This document shows positions 24,162 to 34,500 of a stretch of 64,000 bases of DNA, piece after piece. The stretch's first letter is position 1. Every line of letters starts with the position of its first letter. The notes under the pieces are model-generated. The model did not search any database. It was given only the letters and a program-made list of their open reading frames with translations, and was not told the origin of the DNA. The DNA lies in contig CAZJJB010000004.1 in NCBI GenBank assembly GCA_964546225.1, positions 1,767 through 65,766 on the forward strand, given 5' to 3'. Source of the stretch: an uncultured Desulfurococcales archaeon (GTDB lineage: Archaea; Thermoproteota; Thermoprotei_A; Sulfolobales; Sulfolobaceae). A program made the position numbers and the translations under genes.

Positions 24162-24575
24162 TTTTCTTCCCCTTGCTAAATACATCTAGTATGATATTAA
24201 AATTTTTTCATAATTTCAATCACTAAGGATATTCTTACACAATAAAAATAACGTAAATCTCCTTGAATTTTCATACTATATATAGATAATAATAAAAAAC
24301 TATAATAGGAAAGGAGGCTGTATTATGATATTTAACATTTATTAATTCCTCTAACTCTAACATTTCCTTGAAAACTTTTTATTTTAATGGCATAATTTAT
24401 AACTATAAATTACATTACTGTTTATTTAATGGAGCTAGCTTATACTTTAATCACGTAAAATATAAACGATTTAATTGAATTTTTATAAACATTTTTTTAT
24501 CTATCAAACTGTTATATACAGATTTAAGTACACATAAATGCAAGATATATATTCTACAAAAATATAGTATTACAT

Positions 24576-25136
24576 ATGAAATTGTTTGGTCATAATGTTG
24601 ATTCACTTCTCACACCTGAAGCTAACTATATTATAACTAGGAAAATCTTTGTACCATTTTTAGCAGAGGAATTTCCAGAAATTATATCAGTTAACTCTAA
24701 CTTTAATATTATAAGAGAATTAATTATAATAAAGGATCACATATTACAAGGTAACAAAATTCAGATAGGATATAAATATACCGTGAGTTCCAAAAGCGAC
24801 GGAAAACTTTCTTCACTTAAAGACTGTAAGAAAATTATACTAGGTATAAATGCTAAATTGATTAAAAATCTAAATGCATTCACTACTGACCTTATCTTTT
24901 TTGGATTTAAAAAAGAGTTAGAAAAGATATTAATATTACACGACGTACCAATTATAGCCAAAAACAAGCAAGAATTATATAATGAAATATTCAATTATTT
25001 ATCAAATTGGAAAATTTATATATCTTCAATTCCAGCAGAAATTAAGACCTTACCAGATAATAAACCTACAAAATCGAAAATCTTAGATATAGATTACGCG
25101 TTATTCTCCTCTCAGCTTTCTGGTAACCTCACTTGA
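24576..25136 (+). CDS. Hypothetical protein
   Basis: 186-aa ORF; 36-bp convergent overlap with the vWA gene. Confidence 0.55.
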   Translation: MKLFGHNVDSLLTPEANYIITRKIFVPFLAEEFPEIISVNSNFNIIRELIIIKDHILQGNKIQIGYKYTVSSKSDGKLSSLKDCKKIILGINAKLIKNLNAFTTDLIFFGFKKELEKILILHDVPIIAKNKQELYNEIFNYLSNWKIYISSIPAEIKTLPDNKPTKSKILDIDYALFSSQLSGNLT

Positions 25137-26246
25137 GACCTCCTTAGAAAGTCTTTTAGTCTGCTCAGTGGAGCCTATTCTTTTAGTAGTTTCGAGATCT
25201 GTAGATAGCCTCTTTGTAGTTTCAATAAGTTCGAGCCTTCTAGTTTGCTGTGCTAACTCCTCCATCTTCTTTAATGTCCTAGTAGCTTCAATTAAATTAC
25301 CTGCATTAATATCTTCCGAATACTTCTGTAATGTAGTATAATACTCATATTCCATTATAATATCCTTGTTTATACCGGAAATGAAAGTTTGCTGGTCTTG
25401 AGCAGGCTTTAATGTTATAATACTCATTAAAGCGTCTTGTGAATTTTTAGCTGGATCTTCGTAATTAACTCTAACTGTCATAAAATTACCAGAATAATTT
25501 GGGGGTATTACAGTTTCTCCCAATATTTTAATTACGCCTTCTGCAGCATTTATTTTAACGGGCAATGTTGAATAGTTTAATAATTTAACTGGAGACTCTG
25601 ATACTATATCAACTACTATATTTTTACCTGCTATTTTAGTTTTTGCTGCTTTAGGCAATTTTTCCGGAATTTCGGAGGCTTCTTCTACATGATAGAATGT
25701 TGAGCCTGTTCTATCGCTCAAGATTTTTAAAAGCTCTTCGTTATAATCATCTCCTATTCCGAACGAGATAATCTGAAGATTCTGAGGAATGTTAATTTTC
25801 TCATAAGCTTTTGTATCTGTAACATCTGTAGGGTTACCGTCGGTAAGTAGAAGAATATATGCGGGCATATTATACTTACTAGCTATTTTGAAAGCTGTTA
25901 ACAATGCAGTAAATAGCGATGTCTGGCCACCAGCTCCAATACTTTGAATTTCACTAGTTAAGTCTAATGGATCTGAATATTCATTTATAACATTCACAGT
26001 ATCTGCAAATTCTATAAAAGTTACCTTATTTCCTTGTGGAATCTTTTTCAGAAGCTCTATTGCACCGTTCTTTGCTTTTTCTATTTTTAATCCTTCCATA
26101 GAACCGCTTGTATCAAGCAAAATTATATAATGAAATCCCGTAGCAATAGATATTTTTTCAGGGACTAAAAGTATCTTGAACATCATTTTTACTTCATTTG
26201 TGAAGGAATATCTATGGCTTACATCTACTCTCAAAGATAGCGTCAT
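25101..26246 (-). CDS. arnB: von Willebrand factor A domain protein, ArnB-like
   Basis: MIDAS 'DTSGS', 'LLTDG', and a Thr-rich C-terminal helical bundle; downstream of the FHA gene. Confidence 0.8.
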   Translation of the reverse strand: MTLSLRVDVSHRYSFTNEVKMMFKILLVPEKISIATGFHYIILLDTSGSMEGLKIEKAKNGAIELLKKIPQGNKVTFIEFADTVNVINEYSDPLDLTSEIQSIGAGGQTSLFTALLTAFKIASKYNMPAYILLLTDGNPTDVTDTKAYEKINIPQNLQIISFGIGDDYNEELLKILSDRTGSTFYHVEEASEIPEKLPKAAKTKIAGKNIVVDIVSESPVKLLNYSTLPVKINAAEGVIKILGETVIPPNYSGNFMTVRVNYEDPAKNSQDALMSIITLKPAQDQQTFISGINKDIIMEYEYYTTLQKYSEDINAGNLIEATRTLKKMEELAQQTRRLELIETTKRLSTDLETTKRIGSTEQTKRLSKEVSSEVTRKLRGE

Positions 26247-26256
26247 CTTATTTCAC

Positions 26257-27057
26257 CTACAGTAATACTTTACAAAAACTTCCCTTATTAAATACTAGTG
26301 CTCCTGCACCTAAACCATGATACCTACTAGAGAATACCGTAATTACTTTATTATCCATCTCAAACCTGAATGCATCAACTGCCTCATGACCTCTTATTAT
26401 TCCCTTTAAATTATTCCTTTCAAGGAATTTTAAAGTGACATCTCTTCCGTAAAAGTAAGTACCTTCTCCTCTAACATTGGGAACAAAGCCTTCTAACTCT
26501 TCTCTAGGATCGTTCCAAAGCATTTCAAAAGCTATCTCATCATCAGGATTAACATCAGGTCTTTTTAAATTATTTATTTGTTTTATATCTTCTAAATTCC
26601 TTGCTATACCACCATGAACACAGAAATAACCATTTATTGTCGCAGCATATGGCATAACTGAGAACATATTAACAAAATCCTCATAATAATCTCCCATTTT
26701 TTCCATTACTTCCCCTTTAAAACCATAAAATTCATTAGTTAAAGGACTTTCATGATTGCCCCTCAATACTATTACTTTTTTGGGATTTTCTAGCATTTTT
26801 CTTAGAATTAGAGTTAAATTTTCTATTCCTTGAGGTCCCCTATCTACGTAATCACCTAAGAATATAAGCAAGTCAACCTTATCATATAGTTCCCTGAAAA
26901 CTTCCTCCGTTACATCTAGAGCTCCATGAGTATCCCCTATAAACGCTACAGAATCCTTATCCGGCAATTCAAGCAAAAGAGGATTGCTTGCGAAAAACTC
27001 ATGAGCTTTATTAATAGTATTTAATATATCATTTATTTCACTTTCACTCAACGTCAT
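26257..27057 (-). CDS. PPP-family Ser/Thr protein phosphatase (PP1/PP2A-like)
   Basis: GDTHG, GDYVDRG, RGNHE and 'RGHE' motifs. Confidence 0.93.
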   Translation of the reverse strand: MTLSESEINDILNTINKAHEFFASNPLLLELPDKDSVAFIGDTHGALDVTEEVFRELYDKVDLLIFLGDYVDRGPQGIENLTLILRKMLENPKKVIVLRGNHESPLTNEFYGFKGEVMEKMGDYYEDFVNMFSVMPYAATINGYFCVHGGIARNLEDIKQINNLKRPDVNPDDEIAFEMLWNDPREELEGFVPNVRGEGTYFYGRDVTLKFLERNNLKGIIRGHEAVDAFRFEMDNKVITVFSSRYHGLGAGALVFNKGSFCKVLL

Positions 27058-27752
27058 TATTCTATCACAATTTTTAACATTGTATTACTACCAAGCTTTA
27101 CTATACTACCGGGCTTAATTTCTTGTTTACCCTTTATTGGTTGAAATAGTTTACCATCGTATACATAAGTTCCATTGGTACTATTCAAATCTTCTATATA
27201 CAATTTACCGTTTTCTAATGAAATTGCTGCATGCCGTCTTGAAATTTCTGGATCTGGTATTACTATGACGTTTTCTGGACTTCTTCCTATAGATATACTC
27301 TCAAAAACATCAAAATCTAAAGGTAATTTACTTTTATTTAATGCAGATACTGGAGTTGCAATGAATATTATATAATATTTTCCTGTAATGGGTTGAGTTT
27401 GCAAAACTTGTTGTGCACCTTGAGTTGTCTGTGCAGATTGTGCACTTTGGGATTGTTCTTGTACAGCTTGAGATGTAGAATTCTGAGTCGGTTGTTCTAA
27501 GGTAGTTGGTTGCGGAACGGGTTGTTGCACAATTGGAGGTTGTTGAGAAGGAGAATTCTGTATAGGTGGAACAGTAGGCTGTGCAACTGAGGGTTGCTGG
27601 CTGGGTAGAGTTTCTATAGCTTGAGTCGGTTGTCCTACTGGTGTTGTTTGCTGAGCTTGTTGGACATTTTCAGGTTTCTTTGTGCCACATTGAGCACAAA
27701 AAATTGCATCGTCAGTATTTTCATATCCACAAACTGGACATTTCCATGTCAT
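27057..27752 (-). CDS. arnA: Zinc-ribbon / Q-P-rich linker / FHA domain protein, ArnA-like
   Basis: CPVC...CAQC zinc ribbon; FHA motifs 'IGR', 'ISRRH' and 'STNGT'. Confidence 0.88.
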   Translation of the reverse strand: MTWKCPVCGYENTDDAIFCAQCGTKKPENVQQAQQTTPVGQPTQAIETLPSQQPSVAQPTVPPIQNSPSQQPPIVQQPVPQPTTLEQPTQNSTSQAVQEQSQSAQSAQTTQGAQQVLQTQPITGKYYIIFIATPVSALNKSKLPLDFDVFESISIGRSPENVIVIPDPEISRRHAAISLENGKLYIEDLNSTNGTYVYDGKLFQPIKGKQEIKPGSIVKLGSNTMLKIVIE

Positions 27753-27818
27753 ACTTAATTACTTATACAAAAACATTAATAAACTCTTTTGCGTACATTA
27801 CTATAGGGTTTTTAAAAA

Positions 27819-28889
27819 TTGACTGTATCATTAAAAATTAAAACATCTCATAAATATATTAGTAAGAACGATAAGACCGAAGTTGGACTAATAATTTATA
27901 TAGTACCTGAAAGATATTCTACAAATGCAAACATAAGATATATCATTGCAGTAGATAATAGCCCATCAATGAAGGATTATAATAAATTTGATACCGCAGT
28001 AAATTCTGCGCAAACCCTACTTGCGAATATACCTCCAAGCAATAATGTTATATTAATTTTATTCTCCAATCATCCTGAAATTATATATAACGGACCTGGA
28101 GGAAATCCAGTCGCTATACCTAGGAAATTTGGAGGCACAACAAGATTGCATGAAGCAATAAAGAAAATTATTGATATAGCTAGTGACGGAATACCTACAA
28201 AAGCTATACTCCTGACTGATGGTAAGCCTAAAGATAAAACTAACGTAAAAGATTACGAAGCATTACAAATACCTCCTAATTTAACCTTTATTTCCATAGG
28301 CATAGGCAAGGATTATAACGAAGTAATACTTAAGAGAATGTCAGACAGGTCTGCAGGAGTATTTTACCATATAGAGGATGTTTCTCAACTGCCTAATGTA
28401 TTTGAGGAACAAAGAACTACATCAACTTATGCCCTAAATTTAACACTTAACGTACCTCAAGGATTTTCTCCGTTTAACTATGAAATACCGATATTTATAC
28501 CCATTGTAGATAAACTGATTGCTGTTTACGGTACAATAATAATAAATCCTGGAGACTTGCCAGTTAATTTAACTTTTACTGCTAATTACACCGATCCGGT
28601 AGATTCTCAAGCAAAAATCTTATCTGACACAGTTACTCTAGAAAGAGCTGAAGATAGTACAGTAAAAACAACAATAAACTCTGACGTGCTTGCCGAGATT
28701 AAGTATTATAGACTATTAAAAGAATATGCAGACATGTTAGCTAAGGGTAAAGATACTACAAGGCTAATGGCTGAATTAATGCAAACAGCTCAACAAAGCG
28801 GAAATCAAGCTTTAATGGAAGAAACACAGAAACTTACTGGCTATTCTAAATCAGACTTATCAGAAGTAACTAAAAAAATGAGATCATGA
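27819..28889 (+). CDS. Second vWA domain protein (vWA2-like paralogue of ArnB)
   Basis: MIDAS 'DNSPS', 'LLTDG'; same architecture as ArnB; divergent from arnA. Confidence 0.85.
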   Translation: MTVSLKIKTSHKYISKNDKTEVGLIIYIVPERYSTNANIRYIIAVDNSPSMKDYNKFDTAVNSAQTLLANIPPSNNVILILFSNHPEIIYNGPGGNPVAIPRKFGGTTRLHEAIKKIIDIASDGIPTKAILLTDGKPKDKTNVKDYEALQIPPNLTFISIGIGKDYNEVILKRMSDRSAGVFYHIEDVSQLPNVFEEQRTTSTYALNLTLNVPQGFSPFNYEIPIFIPIVDKLIAVYGTIIINPGDLPVNLTFTANYTDPVDSQAKILSDTVTLERAEDSTVKTTINSDVLAEIKYYRLLKEYADMLAKGKDTTRLMAELMQTAQQSGNQALMEETQKLTGYSKSDLSEVTKKMRS

Positions 28890-29764
28890 TTTTAGCCAGT
28901 CAACTTTCATTTTTACTTAAAAAAAGAGGAATATATGATATTTATGTAAATAAAGTAAAGAGAAGAGGAAACTCATATTTACAAGATATTGCAGTCAACA
29001 TTCTTTTAAAGGACTTAAAGTTAAGAGAATCTAATACTCAAGGAAGACTTAAGGCAGAAGAGGAAGGAATTAAGATTTTTTCCGGCAAGGGCAATAACAA
29101 CGTTAATTACGAAATATCTAAAAATGGTAAAGAAAGTATAGAAATTGATTTTCCCAGATTTCCGATGTTTATCATAGATTTATCTTTGTGGAATAGACAT
29201 TTTGAAGAAGAAAGACGCAGATTATTAGTTCAGCTCTCATGTTCAATAAATTCAATAAGAAAATATTTATGGGATTATAATTTATCAATAAACAATGCTC
29301 CCAATAACTTCATGTTACCGTTTTTAAATAAGGTAAGGTTTAACACTATTCCAGAAGGAAATACAATAATACTTAACCCATACGGCGAAGTGGAAGCTAC
29401 AGAAGAACTAATTAGAAATACTCAAACCTTCATAATAGGAGGCATCATTGACAGATCCGGATGGAGATTTGCTACATATGAAATGGCAAAGATTGCAAAA
29501 TACGATTTTCCACATGTTAAAATAACATTACGAGGATCTACTGTAGGAGTTCCAGATAGAATAAATAAAATTATTGAAATTGTGCTACGCGTATATAATG
29601 GGGAAAAATTGGAAAACGCAATTTTAGATTTACAGACAAACGCTGATAAGTTCAATAGACTTCTCGTAGAAAAACAGAAGGGTAATTTAAAAACAGCTAT
29701 AGAGTGGTTAAAACCAAGTGAAAAAGTACTTAGGAGATTAGGGATTCAATCGAATTCTGCTTGA
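28886..29764 (+). CDS. trm10: tRNA m1R9 methyltransferase Trm10 (SPOUT)
   Basis: 'ILNPYG' and 'FIIGGIIDR' Trm10 motifs. Confidence 0.85.
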   Translation: MILASQLSFLLKKRGIYDIYVNKVKRRGNSYLQDIAVNILLKDLKLRESNTQGRLKAEEEGIKIFSGKGNNNVNYEISKNGKESIEIDFPRFPMFIIDLSLWNRHFEEERRRLLVQLSCSINSIRKYLWDYNLSINNAPNNFMLPFLNKVRFNTIPEGNTIILNPYGEVEATEELIRNTQTFIIGGIIDRSGWRFATYEMAKIAKYDFPHVKITLRGSTVGVPDRINKIIEIVLRVYNGEKLENAILDLQTNADKFNRLLVEKQKGNLKTAIEWLKPSEKVLRRLGIQSNSA

Positions 29765-30060
29765 ATTTTGGTCTTTCCCTGCAATATTTTTCTAGGAAAT
29801 GGAATGTTATTAACTTCTTCTAACTTTATTCCTGATTTTCTCAACTCTTCTACCGCACTTTTTAAATCATCTTCATGAACTGCAAATTTAACTTTATTAA
29901 TTATTTTATTCAAGGTAACATCATTAGTCCTAAACTTTTCTGCGCTAACTGCCTTCCAATTGTTTCCTTCTTTATACACAAGAACTATGTCTTGAAGATA
30001 TCCTCTTACTACGTGTGAAATACCTGCTATATAGTAATTATTAAACTTATATATGGACAT
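29746..30060 (-). CDS. Hypothetical protein
   Basis: ATG 30060 (MSIYKFNNYYIAG...) preferred because the track start overlaps the divergent gene. Confidence 0.65.
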   Translation of the reverse strand: MSIYKFNNYYIAGISHVVRGYLQDIVLVYKEGNNWKAVSAEKFRTNDVTLNKIINKVKFAVHEDDLKSAVEELRKSGIKLEEVNNIPFPRKILQGKTKIQAEFD

Positions 30061-30100
30061 AGAAGTAAACTTAATTTCCAAGTATTTAGGAATTACGTAC

Positions 30101-30817
30101 ATGATAGATCAAGTTATAAAGGCAATTGCCTTAAATCTGGAGAGCGGAGAAACAGTTTATGTAGGTCTAAATTCAATCCCTGCAATTTTAGGAGCATTTA
30201 TGGCTAGGGATCTTTACAATAAAAAAATAAGAATTTTAGGAGTTGCAGAGGCAGATAATCCTTCTAACATAAGAATAACTCCCTCTACGGGTAATCCATT
30301 TTATGTCGAGGACACACCGATTCTACCCACAGTCGAATCATTTGATTTGGCCCAAAAAGGCAAGCTAGATGTAATGTTCCTTGGGCCAGCACAGATAGAC
30401 GAAGAAACTAATGTTAATTTATCTGTAATAGGAAACTACTTTAAACCTAAAGTAAGGCTTCCAGGAGGTGCGGCTACTGCTTACATATTACCACTAGTTA
30501 AAAAGGCCATTTTATGGAATTTAAAGCACAGTAAATCTACGCTGGTTAAAAGAGTTGATTTCGTAACGGGAACGGCTAAGTTTTCCAATAACAAAGTTAT
30601 TGTTACCACTAACCTTGGAGTTCTAGAGTACTCGAGAGAAGATAAGAAATGGTATGTTAAATACATATATCCTTGGAGCGACTTTAATAAGATAAAGGAA
30701 AATACAGGATTTGACGTTTATAACGCTATTCAGGGAGTAATAGACATAAATGAGGAAGAAAAGAAATTTATTAACTCATTAGATCCGGATAACCTTAGGT
30801 CAGCCCTAGAATACTAA
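30101..30817 (+). CDS. Family I CoA-transferase, beta subunit (GctB-like)
   Basis: 'DVMFLGPAQIDEETNVN', 'RLPGGAA' and 'VDFVTG'; ATG 30101 preferred. Confidence 0.88.
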   Translation: MIDQVIKAIALNLESGETVYVGLNSIPAILGAFMARDLYNKKIRILGVAEADNPSNIRITPSTGNPFYVEDTPILPTVESFDLAQKGKLDVMFLGPAQIDEETNVNLSVIGNYFKPKVRLPGGAATAYILPLVKKAILWNLKHSKSTLVKRVDFVTGTAKFSNNKVIVTTNLGVLEYSREDKKWYVKYIYPWSDFNKIKENTGFDVYNAIQGVIDINEEEKKFINSLDPDNLRSALEY

Positions 30818-31565
30818 GAATTTTATCATAGTCTGCGTCATATAATGGATACATACTGGTGGGCTCTGCACCTCTAGGCATTTTTACTACAGCAGTCACA
30901 TGCTCTGCATAAATATTGGGCTTTCTCTTATAGAAATAACTTCTATCAACAATTTCTTCTGCAGTTATTATTACCTTTTTTGAAGCTCTAGCTTTATATT
31001 CATCTTCATATACAGGACCTTCTATTTCAGCATTACCTTCTGGATCAGCTCTATTCACGTGAATTATTGCAACGTCGGGAACTATTGCCCTTACTAAAAC
31101 TATCTTTTCTCCAGAAAATGGATCTTCTATTATTTTCCAAGTTCCTTCCCTTTCATGAAGTTTAATTAAGTCAGAACCTATTATCCCTTTAACTGGCATA
31201 AAAGGAATGCCAAAGGCTCCAGCCCTTATACCTGCAATAAATGCTCCGCACGTATCTTCTAAAATTTCTATTTCTCCTTTTTCTACTTTTTTCCTAAAAT
31301 TAGGTAACATTCCGAACCACTCTAACGTTGCCATAGCAATCCTGACTTTCTTTAAAATATTATTTTGCAAAAGTACTTCTAAACCTAGGCCAGGCTCCCT
31401 ATCTACGAAGTTTAGGTTTCTTATTCCTGATTTTATCATTTCAAAAATAAATCTCATAGGATTTCTATGGATAGACATTCCGCTAATTGTTATTGTATCT
31501 CCTTCCCTTATCAAACCTAAAGCTGATTTAACATCAGAAAGCTTGTTTTCCAAAATTATCACCAA
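30795..31565 (-). CDS. Family I CoA-transferase, alpha subunit (GctA-like)
   Basis: 'GDTITISGM', 'IRAGAFGIPFMP', 'PDVAIIHV...ADPEGNA' and 'GAEPTS'. Confidence 0.9.
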   Translation of the reverse strand: MVIILENKLSDVKSALGLIREGDTITISGMSIHRNPMRFIFEMIKSGIRNLNFVDREPGLGLEVLLQNNILKKVRIAMATLEWFGMLPNFRKKVEKGEIEILEDTCGAFIAGIRAGAFGIPFMPVKGIIGSDLIKLHEREGTWKIIEDPFSGEKIVLVRAIVPDVAIIHVNRADPEGNAEIEGPVYEDEYKARASKKVIITAEEIVDRSYFYKRKPNIYAEHVTAVVKMPRGAEPTSMYPLYDADYDKILSILGLT

Positions 31566-33381
31566 ATTTCTTTCTTAATTCTTCTATAGCTTCTTTCTCT
31601 TCTAACGTAGATAAATCACCTAATTCTTCATTATTTACTAATGCCCTCAAAACTCTCCTCATTATCTTGCCAGTTCTAGTCTTGGGTAATTTATCAACAA
31701 ATATAACATCACCAATCACTGCTATTCCGCCATAATTTTTCTTAATTTCGGCAATTATTTTATTCTTCAACTCTTCTGACGGAGAAAACCCTTGTTTTAG
31801 TGAAGCAAAAACTACTAGGACGTTACCTCTTATCTCATCTTTCTTAGCTACTACTGCTACATCTGATATTTCCTTATTTGAAAGTACAATGTTTTCTATC
31901 TCTGCAGGACTTAATCTATGACCTGAAACCTTTATTACATCATCGATTCTACCTAGAATATATAGGTATCCTTCCTCATCAACGTAACCGTAATCTCCTG
32001 TCAAATATACTCCATACTTCTCGTAATATTTCCTATATCTCTCGTCGTCCTTCCATAGAGAACTCATAAATGCAGGAGCTGACGACTTTATTACAATATT
32101 ACCTTTAGCATTTGGAGGAAGTTCTCTACCTTCATCGTCATAAATTGCTATGTCTATTCCCGGTAAAGGATAGCCTACAGAGCCCTTCTTATAGTATAAC
32201 CCACCAATATAAAATCCTCCTGGAGAAGTTATGAATCCACTGTTCTCAGTTTGACCCCATGCTTCTATAACATAAACTTTATTTGAAGTTACATCAACTA
32301 ACCATTTCCAAGCTTCTTCTCCAAGTATCTCTCCTGCACTTACTATCATTCTTAATGAAGAAATATCGTAATTTATCTTACTATTATACTTCATAAGTAA
32401 CCTTATTGCAGTAGGTGCAGTCCAAATATCAGTAATCTTATAATCTTCTACTAATCTCCACCACACTTGAGGATCAGGATAATCTGGAACTCCTTCATAC
32501 CAGAATAAAGTACCGTAATTAAGTAAAGTACCGTAAGTGCTATAAGAATGCCCATTAATCCACCCAATATCTGAAGTTGAAAAGAATGTCGATGAGTAAT
32601 CAAAATTCATTAACCATTTAACGTGATAATATGCCCAAACAGTATAAGGACCTACAGAATGGACTACACCTTTAGGTTTTCCAGTTGTACCGGAAGTGAA
32701 TAATATGAAAATGGGATCTTGAGAATCCATTGGTATTGCATCTACTTTTTTAGCGTCAAGTAAATCGTAAAAGTTATGGCCTACAACTCTACCTCCTCTT
32801 GATACAGTAATCTTAACCAAATTTAGATCTTTAGTTGCATTTTCTACAACATCTAGATAAGAAATTTCCTTTCCCCTTCTATATCCAATATCCGCAGTAA
32901 TAATTGCCTTAGATCCTGAAATTTCTATCCTTTCTCTTAAAGCCTTTTCTCCGAATCCTGCAAAGACCACATTATGTATTACTCCTATTCTTGCACAAGC
33001 TAGCATGGCTATCATTGCTTCTGGAATCATTGGCATGTAAATGGTAACAACGTCGCCTTTCTTTAAACCAAGTTGAATTAACGCTCCTGCAAATGAGGAT
33101 ACCAAATTATATAGCTGTTTATAACTTAATGTAGATTTCTCGCCATTTTCGCTTTCCCAATATAGGGCGACCTTATTATTATTTGCTCTCTTATCTAAAA
33201 TATTATATGTTATATTAATTTTACCTCCTTTAAACCAAAGATAATAAGGATGATGAGATTCTACAACTGTATCATAAAGTTTATACCAAAATAATTCGCG
33301 AGCTACAGAATCCCAAAATTTTTCTGGATATTTTAAAGAATATTCATGAATCTCCTTCATCTTACTATAAATAGGGTTCAT
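31534..33381 (-). CDS. acs: Acetyl-CoA synthetase (AMP-forming)
   Basis: 'FTSGTTGKPKG', 'WGQTE', 'GRIDDVIKVSGHRL' and 'LPKTRTGKIMRR'. Confidence 0.93.
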   Translation of the reverse strand: MNPIYSKMKEIHEYSLKYPEKFWDSVARELFWYKLYDTVVESHHPYYLWFKGGKINITYNILDKRANNNKVALYWESENGEKSTLSYKQLYNLVSSFAGALIQLGLKKGDVVTIYMPMIPEAMIAMLACARIGVIHNVVFAGFGEKALRERIEISGSKAIITADIGYRRGKEISYLDVVENATKDLNLVKITVSRGGRVVGHNFYDLLDAKKVDAIPMDSQDPIFILFTSGTTGKPKGVVHSVGPYTVWAYYHVKWLMNFDYSSTFFSTSDIGWINGHSYSTYGTLLNYGTLFWYEGVPDYPDPQVWWRLVEDYKITDIWTAPTAIRLLMKYNSKINYDISSLRMIVSAGEILGEEAWKWLVDVTSNKVYVIEAWGQTENSGFITSPGGFYIGGLYYKKGSVGYPLPGIDIAIYDDEGRELPPNAKGNIVIKSSAPAFMSSLWKDDERYRKYYEKYGVYLTGDYGYVDEEGYLYILGRIDDVIKVSGHRLSPAEIENIVLSNKEISDVAVVAKKDEIRGNVLVVFASLKQGFSPSEELKNKIIAEIKKNYGGIAVIGDVIFVDKLPKTRTGKIMRRVLRALVNNEELGDLSTLEEKEAIEELRKKFGDNFGKQAF

Positions 33382-33415
33382 AAAATCGTTCTTGCTAAGA
33401 TAAAAATAAACATTA

Positions 33416-33985
33416 TCATCGTTTTTTCTTTATTAGGTCTATAATCCAGAATCCGTCTTTCCAACTTATTTTCTCTACATAGAATTTAATTATAAATTTC
33501 ATGATATTATCTATAGTTAAACCACCATGCAATTTATCCCTAATTATAACTCTTGTTTTGCCTCCAAGCTTAGTTACTCTATAAATTTCTCTCATGATAT
33601 CATAATCTAGAATTTCGTAAATTATTGAAGACTTTATACTGCAGTCACGAATTGGAAAGGGAAAGAAGAAAGTTACAAAGTCATTGAATATCTTAGATGA
33701 GGAAATAGCTATATTGCCTAATGTCATTTCAGCTTTGAATTCATCATTTTCTACGCTTTCAATAATACGTGAATCGTCTACTATTATATCGTAAACTTGC
33801 CTAAGGAAATTTTTTTCGCCATCTAAAAATTTATTACCTATTAAAAGGTCTAAATACATAAAATTCGATATTCTACCGTAAGCCAAATCTGTTTCTTCCT
33901 TTTTGCCGTTAAGAATTATAATACGCTCAGCATTCCATAATGCAGTTACATTACCCTTAAAGTCCTCTAGTATCCCTATTTTCAT
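33416..33985 (-). CDS. Hypothetical protein with a methyltransferase-like C-terminal segment
   Basis: 'IMREIYRVTKLGG' resembles the class I MTase post-II motif. ATG 33985 preferred; the track's extension overlaps the CBS gene. Confidence 0.55.
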   Translation of the reverse strand: MKIGILEDFKGNVTALWNAERIIILNGKKEETDLAYGRISNFMYLDLLIGNKFLDGEKNFLRQVYDIIVDDSRIIESVENDEFKAEMTLGNIAISSSKIFNDFVTFFFPFPIRDCSIKSSIIYEILDYDIMREIYRVTKLGGKTRVIIRDKLHGGLTIDNIMKFIIKFYVEKISWKDGFWIIDLIKKKR

Positions 33986-34103
33986 AATAGCAAATATGTG
34001 GATATAAATAAATATTTTTCTAGATTCACAATTCACATTTATTTTATTAAACAGACTTTCTTTGTTACATAACATTAAAATGAAAAAAATGAAACGATTA
34101 AAA

Positions 34104-34487
34104 TTACTTATAGATATCTTGAATTGCCTTTGAAGCATCAACAATAGATAATATTCCAACAATATTTCCTTCTGAATCCTTAACAGGTAAATGCCTAATT
34201 TTGTTTTTAGTCATAATGCTTACTGCCTCTGAAATGTCTGTATTAAGGTCTACTATTATTAAGTTACCCATAGTGGCTACTACTCTGACTTCGTCTGATG
34301 GAGAAAATCCAGATGCAATAGCTTTTACTGCATCTCTATCTGTGAATATTCCTTTAGGTTCCCCATTTTCAGTTACTATAACTGAACCTATACCTCTCTC
34401 TAACATTAACTTACAAACTTCTTGTAGACTAGTATTTGCCTCCACTTGAAAAACCGGAGTAGTCATATAATCTTTTACAGTTCTCAT
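34104..34487 (-). CDS. CBS domain pair protein
   Basis: Two CBS repeats ('GIFTDRD', 'IRHLPV', 'GILSIVD'). Confidence 0.92.
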   Translation of the reverse strand: MRTVKDYMTTPVFQVEANTSLQEVCKLMLERGIGSVIVTENGEPKGIFTDRDAVKAIASGFSPSDEVRVVATMGNLIIVDLNTDISEAVSIMTKNKIRHLPVKDSEGNIVGILSIVDASKAIQDIYK

Positions 34488-34500
34488 AAGAGAATATTAT

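Noticed and set aside
27400-27670. CAA/CCT-rich stretch as a DNA tandem repeat
   Set aside because: Explained by the low-complexity Q/P/T linker of the FHA protein; no exact repeat unit.
25101-28889. Calling the vWA/phosphatase locus a TerY-P-type defence system
   Set aside because: The phosphatase is PPP rather than PP2C, the kinase is not adjacent, and the locus is in core synteny. Arn-type signalling explains it better.
33986-34162. 59-aa N-terminal extension of the 33416 ORF
   Set aside because: Overlaps the CBS gene and AT-rich intergenic DNA; ATG 33985 is more plausible.
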